A stretch of 64,000 bases of DNA, taken from Eledone cirrhosa (Eukaryota). Of this stretch, positions 57,544-64,000 are shown piece by piece. The stretch spans positions 14,136,001-14,200,000 of the forward strand of contig OZ024746.1 of NCBI GenBank assembly GCA_964016885.1, in the 5' to 3' direction. The translations under genes and the position numbers were made by a program. The notes under the pieces were generated by a model. It was not told where the DNA came from. It did no database searches and was given only the letters and a program-made list of their open reading frames with translations. Numbering within the stretch: position 1 is the stretch's first letter; every line of letters begins with the position of its first letter.

Positions 57544-59385
57544 TCATTCGAGGGTCACTAGTAGAAGTAGCCCATAAAAAACCAGGGTTACCCAAACCAC
57601 CTCGGCAAGTATCTCCCTCCCAGTTGTCCTCCTCCAATCTACAAACACATACTCAGAGCATATCCCTTCTTTCGGACTATGCTTGTTACTCTCATTCTAC
57701 CTTTCAATAAACTGGTTGGTAGGTAGCTTCCCCTCTTTTCTCTAATTTTCTTGTTCAAGTAAAATTGAAAAAGTATGTGTATGAATATATAATTCTCGAG
57801 GAACTAATTGCTCAAACAATTATCTATCTATCGTTATAATACTTCTATCATAGAAATTTGAATATGTCTATCCGCTGTCTAGCTTGTAAGATATAGATAG
57901 AATACATCATTAATAATACTTAAACATATTCGTTCAGCGTTTGACTATTTCTGTCTAAACAATATCAAATTGCGAATATTAGTAATCCTATTACGACTCT
58001 GAACAGGAGTAATTAGCGTTATTTCTACCAAACATTTACCGTTTTAAGAGACTATATTATGACAAATTACATACTGTTTGATCCTCTCTTGAGAGGAGAA
58101 ACTAATTATTTTATTTAATAAGATTTTAACTCGACTATTTTCTATGGACTCAAGTAACAGCTTCATTTAATTATTGCTGTCATTTAGGGATAAGAAAGGG
58201 AAATAAAAATATGAAATAAAACTTTAGAATGGAAAATAAAAAATAAAAAATACCTTTTGCGAATTATTTTATCTTCACGATATTTATCTCGAAGATACTA
58301 TGCCATTAACACATTTCAAGAACTCATAAGTGAAACTGACTCGTGTAATTAAGATGAATCATGTCTTTCTTCCTCAAATGTTCACTAATTAGAGAATATA
58401 ATTAAGTAAACGATACATTTATATCTGATATCTAGACTGTTGAAAGAATACGAATCGAAACACACACTTTGCCCTGTATTATTTGCAATGTATATATTAT
58501 ACACACAGAGGAATTAAATTATATTAGATGATGTCTTGTGGATATTATGTTGTATACACACACACAGACACATGCGTTTAGCACACAATAAGCTGTCAGA
58601 ATACAAAATTCTACGTATTGGTTTATACAGTCCCTTTAACGAAAAATAATAATCCCAAAGATTCAATACTTTAATACATTATTTAATTGATTTACATATG
58701 TTTCATTCAACTACAAAGAGCTTGCTCTGGAAATAATACTCTGAAATGTTGGCCATTTTGATGAATGGAAATTTACAGGATTCATATGTAGGAGCACTTA
58801 AAAGGTCCGGATAGTTATGGTTGGAGAAAAAGATACGAGAAAACAATGTTTGAAAGAGAGTAAGAGTGGTACTAACATAGCATGCTTCATCATATAGAAA
58901 TAGCACTGGGAATGCCAAGAAGCTATTTCTACATTTCTATGGAGATAAAGTAAGGCTGGAGATGTTCATTTGCATATAGGGAGAACTTGACTATATACCT
59001 CACTATACTTTTCTTATCCTATGACGTTGCATTCAAGTGCATGCATAAATATCTGTGATAAACGGGCGAAACTCCAGAGTAACAAGGCTCAATAAAAGGA
59101 ACATGTATATATAACTCCAGAGTAAAAGGAACATATATGTATATATATATATATATCAAGCGCGGCCAGTTTCCGTAACTCTCCTTCATTCCACTTAAAT
59201 GAACAGTGCCTACCTTCATCCACAGATAAAGAAAACATACATAAACATAGCATGACTAAGAGAACCAACAAAAGGACTTCAGCCTAGAAAGTAACAGTAG
59301 GCACCTGTATCCAAAATTTCACTGGACACACACAAACACGTTTTTGTAATAGCTTAAGCCTTTATGTCACAAAGGCTTAAGCCTT

Positions 59386-59445
59386 TATGTCATATCAACT
59401 CCCCTATAACTCCTTAAGGAGTTATAGTGGAGTTGATATGACATA
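59386..59445. repeat. 60-bp palindrome centred on TTAA, preceded by an 18-bp direct duplication
   Basis: TATGTCATATCAACTCCCCTATAACTCC-TTAA-GGAGTTATAGTGGAGTTGATATGACATA (1 mismatch); GCTTAAGCCTTTATGTCA occurs twice. Confidence 0.85.
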
Positions 59446-60960
59446 CGCCATGTCTTGGGCACTTTATACTTGGCGGAGCCCATCCCTTTTCCAAGTTTGA
59501 ATACAGCCGGTTTCTTCCTGAGAGAGAAAGGTTAGAAAAATATATGAAGGAAGATTCAACCATGAAGTAACGAATGGCAAAGTTGACCATGGCAGTATTT
59601 GAACACAAGGAGCGCGGCGATCTGGCATGAATACCACAAAACCTGCTAACGACTAATTAATATTTATACTCATTTTAGTAACATCGTTGTACAATACACA
59701 TTTGAAACCCACCCAATAATGTAAGGTTGTTCCGACAACGATCTTGTTTCTGTGAATATTATGTGAATATTATTGGAGAGACAAACTTTGGTATTTTATG
59801 GATCGGTCAAACAAGTTTAATTTCGTTCTCAAGCATTACAATGCCACGTTTTGTCAGAAGTGAGGTTGATATATGAGAATAATAACCTATAAGTAAAAAT
59901 ATGAAATAGACATAGAGAAAGTGATAAAGACGATATCAGTAACACGGTTATTTAATATCCTAGGCTATGTAAACAAAGCCAGAAAGTAAAGGTGGATAAT
60001 ATAATGATAAGCAACTATATGATTTTTAATTTCATCATTCGGTCGTTACATTACAGATTATATTATGAATAGTTCCATGAGTGATTCAGCACAATATATA
60101 TTTTTGTGAGTCTTAATAGTTATGTCTGCAGAAAAGAATAATCATTGAAGTGTAGCTTTGAATGTCCCTGCAATCTGATGAAGGAAATACACTGACATCG
60201 GCTTAATGGTAAAGTAACCATTCAATATTTCTACTCTTTTACGATGACTTCACTTTTATTTGATAAAATGTATTTTCAAAGTTTTCATTCCAGTCTGAAT
60301 TAATATTCAGAAATATTATTTCCCAACCCTCTACCGTCTATTTCCGGGTGCTGGAATGATAGAATGTTTATTGTTGTTATTTATTCTATAATATTACTGA
60401 AGATTTGACTGAACCACTTCGCGTAGAAGGGAGTAGACTAGCCTAATTACATCATCTTCCAACTACTCACAAAAGCACAAATTTAATGGTTTAAATAAGA
60501 AAATAATAATATCAAAACAAATTCCAATTTCAAAGCTTTAAAGATTTAACGTGAAATAGAATATTTCTAATTAAACAATTCCTAAAATAGAAGCTGTTAT
60601 CTTAAGTACATAATTGCAGAAATACTCTCACATATGCATATAAAAAGAGACACATATACACTTATAAACACATTTTTTTAAAGTCACCCTACACTTTATC
60701 TTTAAACACACATCATAATCGCATACATGCTTGAAATGATATTTAAATAAATGAACACACACAAATATCACACGTACCTCACGAACATGCTAGCGCGATC
60801 AGACACACGCATTCACACACACACACACATATATATATATATTTATTTAATATCATTGAATATTTATTCCAGGAACGTGTTGAGTACTCTAAATCAGTTA
60901 TAAACATTTATATTTATATTTATATTTGTCGTATTTCCAACAAATTAAATATCCCTTCTA

Positions 60961-61044
<84 letters not shown>

Positions 61045-61116
61045 TATATATATATATTCATATATATATATATATATATTCATATATATATAAATATTCA
61101 TATATATATTCATATA

Positions 61117-61152
<36 letters not shown>

Positions 61153-61643
61153 TATATATATATATATATATATAACACATATAAAGTCCGCGCACATACA
61201 TCACGTTGCTGATGTATTAAAATAACACATACTTCTGAAATATATCTGAAACAAATCTATATTATTCCATGTGCGATACACTATGTTCATTATGAATCAA
61301 TAAAATCAATCGTTTTTCTTCACGTCTTTTAATGCAGAAAATATCTCCGAGTTGCTTTCCATTTCAATAATATAGCTTACAACTTTTTCGGATTTGCGTT
61401 TCGGAAACCTAAAATTTTAGCATTGTCAATATTTCTAAACCACAGAAGCAGAAGAATGACAGGCATAAATAAGAATAGGAAAATATAGGAAATGTAATGC
61501 AAACAACTACTAATCAATACTCGCAGAGAAATGTATTGGTTTCGATGTATGGAATGCTGGTTTGTTTTGAAGAGATTTCTACAACATACCTTTGTTCTAA
61601 TGAACTCAAGCAGCCCAACACATACTCCTTCTCTCTCTCTCAC

Positions 61644-61693
<50 letters not shown>

Positions 61694-61694
61694 A

Positions 61695-61765
<71 letters not shown>

Positions 61766-62675
61766 CACATAGACACACATACACATCCATATACACACAT
61801 ATACTCACTCTTACCTACCACGCACACAATGCACATACACCTACATAACCCATTGCAACCTAATTTATCAGTCCCATAAATGTATATTCAAATAATAAAA
61901 TACTTGAAAAACAACACGTTAGATTTTAGAAATACATACATACACATGCATACACATACAAATACACACTCAAACAGCTGCATATACACATACACACACA
62001 TACATACATATACATACATATGTACATACATGTTTTGTGGAAATATTTTATTTCTTGAAGTCATTTGAAATTATTACAGAGCTATTTCTTTCAAATTTAA
62101 CACGTTCTTTCTTTTGTATAGATTAACAAATTGAAATAGTCTCAGAACAACTGAAAATAATTCTCTGAAAAAAAAAGGAAAGAAAATCATCCAGAATAAA
62201 ATTGGAAAAATATATTTGTGTTGTTAAGTAAAGGGAAAGAAAAATATTCTGACCAGTTTTTTTAATGTTCTCAATTTGCATGGAAGCTTGGGAGGTACAT
62301 ATCGCTAATGCTAGCATATATTTTATATGTAATTTTATTGTGGATTGAATTTGCAATATGTAAAAGAATTTTTATAACTATTAAAATAAATTTAGAAAAC
62401 CAAGTAAAATGTATTTACGCTTTCAATAATAACAAAGAAATGTCAAAAAATAGCCCAGTTCTTTAAAAAGAATCCATTCTCGAGATGAAGCGCCCCGTCT
62501 TAACGTTTAAGTGTCTTTCAGTTATATGTTTTGTGGTGTTAACTCATCTAAAAGGATAGCAATGTGTCGTTAAAGAAAGGTTACTGTGGCCATCTATATC
62601 AAATAAAAGGAGTAAAACTGGAATGTTTTGTCTGAATTGTAATAAACATCCCATACACAACATATATAATATAAT

Positions 62676-62783
62676 TGTTTCTACTTTGGGCACAAGGCCA
62701 GTAATTATCTCAGTGTATTACTGGTACTTTATTTTATCAACCTCGTAAGGATAAAAGGCAAATTTAACCTCGACGGGATTTGA
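62676..62783 (-). mobile_element. 5'-truncated SINE family A
   Basis: 21-bp TSD ACACAACATATATAATATAAT at 62655-62675 and 62784-62804. Confidence 0.92.
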
Positions 62784-62816
62784 ACACAACATATATAATA
62801 TAATGATCATTCTTTT

Positions 62817-62863
<47 letters not shown>

Positions 62864-62865
62864 AC

Positions 62866-62898
<33 letters not shown>

Positions 62899-63099
62899 CG
62901 TGTGTGTGTGTGTATGTGTGTGTGTGTGTGTATGTGTGTGCGTGTGTGTGTGCGTGCGTGTGCGTGTGTGTGCGTGCGTGTGCGTGTGTTTCTGTGTGTT
63001 TATGTGTGTGTGTGTTTGTGTATCCGTAGGCGCGAAAAGGAAAATGGAAAACAGTGCTCAATTGGAAAGGGAGCAGAAATATTATATTATTTATTTATG

Positions 63100-63287
63100 A
63101 GGGCGGTGGATTGGCAGTATCGGTAAGGGTCGGACGCCATGCTTTGAAGCATAGAGTTACCTCCCTTTATGATCTGAGTTCAAATCCCGCCGAGGTTAAC
63201 TTTGCCTTTCATCCTTACGGGGTCGATAAAATAAAGTACCAGTAATGCACTGGAATAATTGCTGGCCTTGTGCCAAAAGTAGAAACA
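63100..63287 (+). mobile_element. SINE family A, full length
   Basis: 14-bp TSD ATTATTTATTTATG at 63086-63099 and 63288-63301. Confidence 0.92.
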
Positions 63288-63314
63288 ATTATTTATTTAT
63301 GTTCATACAAGGAA

Positions 63315-63641
63315 CAAAGGTTTCAAGAGCCAAATTTAACCGTACCTCCAGAAAACAAGAGGCATCAAAATAGGGACTTTTCTTCAAGCTTTATTACGAG
63401 TGTATAGATTACGAAAACACAAACATGTGTTTGGTCTCAAAATTCAAATTTACAGCTTGGACTTGTTTTCCTTTGTGTTATTACGTTGTTGTTGTTTTTC
63501 GTAAACAAGCGTTCTTAGCAAATTTTACTCTTAATGGTATTTTATAAAATCGTAATAGCGCCTGAAGAAAGGTCACTAATTTGATACCTCTTGTTTTTGG
63601 GGGGTATGGTCAAATTTGGGCCTTGAAACCTTGGATAGCGC
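63315..63641. mobile_element. Diverged inverted pair (~63315-63400 / 63550-63635) of a long-stem-II hammerhead-like motif (family T)
   Basis: Plus copy 63558-63641: GCGC-CTGAAGA-AAGGTC..GGCCTT-GAAA-CCTTGGA-TA-GCGC; the minus copy is more decayed. Confidence 0.6.
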
Positions 63642-63726
63642 CTTTATTCTTTCGCTTGTATAAACATAAATAAATAATACAATATAATATAATATAATAT
63701 AATATAATATAATATAATATAATATA

Positions 63727-63771
<45 letters not shown>

Positions 63772-63973
63772 TATGGTAGAAAGTCGATTTCTATTGTACA
63801 GTGTTCTAATGTATGTATATATATATGTATATATATATATGTATATAATAATGAGGGTTGACGGACCCAGCATATTTATCAATGCCAGTACCGGTTGTAT
63901 CTCAGCGCACTCAATGGGCAATGTAAGATACATTACCAGAGTATACACATAGTTATTTGCCTCAACACAACAC

Positions 63974-64000
63974 ATGGTCCATCTGGTTCCTTACCACAAT
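63974..64000. mobile_element. Family H tail fragment running off the window edge
   Basis: ATGGTCCATCTGGTTCCTTACCACAAT is identical to 1679-1705. Confidence 0.7.

Noticed and set aside
57128-57637. Cys/His/Pro-rich metallothionein-like ORFs
   Set aside because: Products of a 10-bp minisatellite whose period is not a multiple of three

Overview
AT-rich, microsatellite-saturated, non-coding animal DNA (intronic or intergenic). The SINE and repeat style suggests an octopus/coleoid cephalopod, but this is inferred from recalled repeat sequences and not verified. No intact protein-coding gene can be supported; nearly all ORF-track entries are translated microsatellites. Recognisable content: about 12 copies of a tRNA-headed SINE (many with TSDs); four CORE-type SINEs with three different tails; decayed RTE, CR1-group, R4/Dong-like and CRE-like retrotransposon relics; an internally deleted mariner abutting a 1.7-kb minisatellite; a hAT MITE; and a 68-bp 18S rRNA fragment. 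The most striking signal is roughly ten minimal type I hammerhead-ribozyme motifs (CUGANGA...GAAA...NUH) from several sequence families. Most sit in or beside fold-back inverted duplications embedded in (TA)n tracts, consistent with non-autonomous Penelope-like/retrozyme-like elements that integrate as self-inverted copies. All calls were made by eye, with no alignment or folding software.
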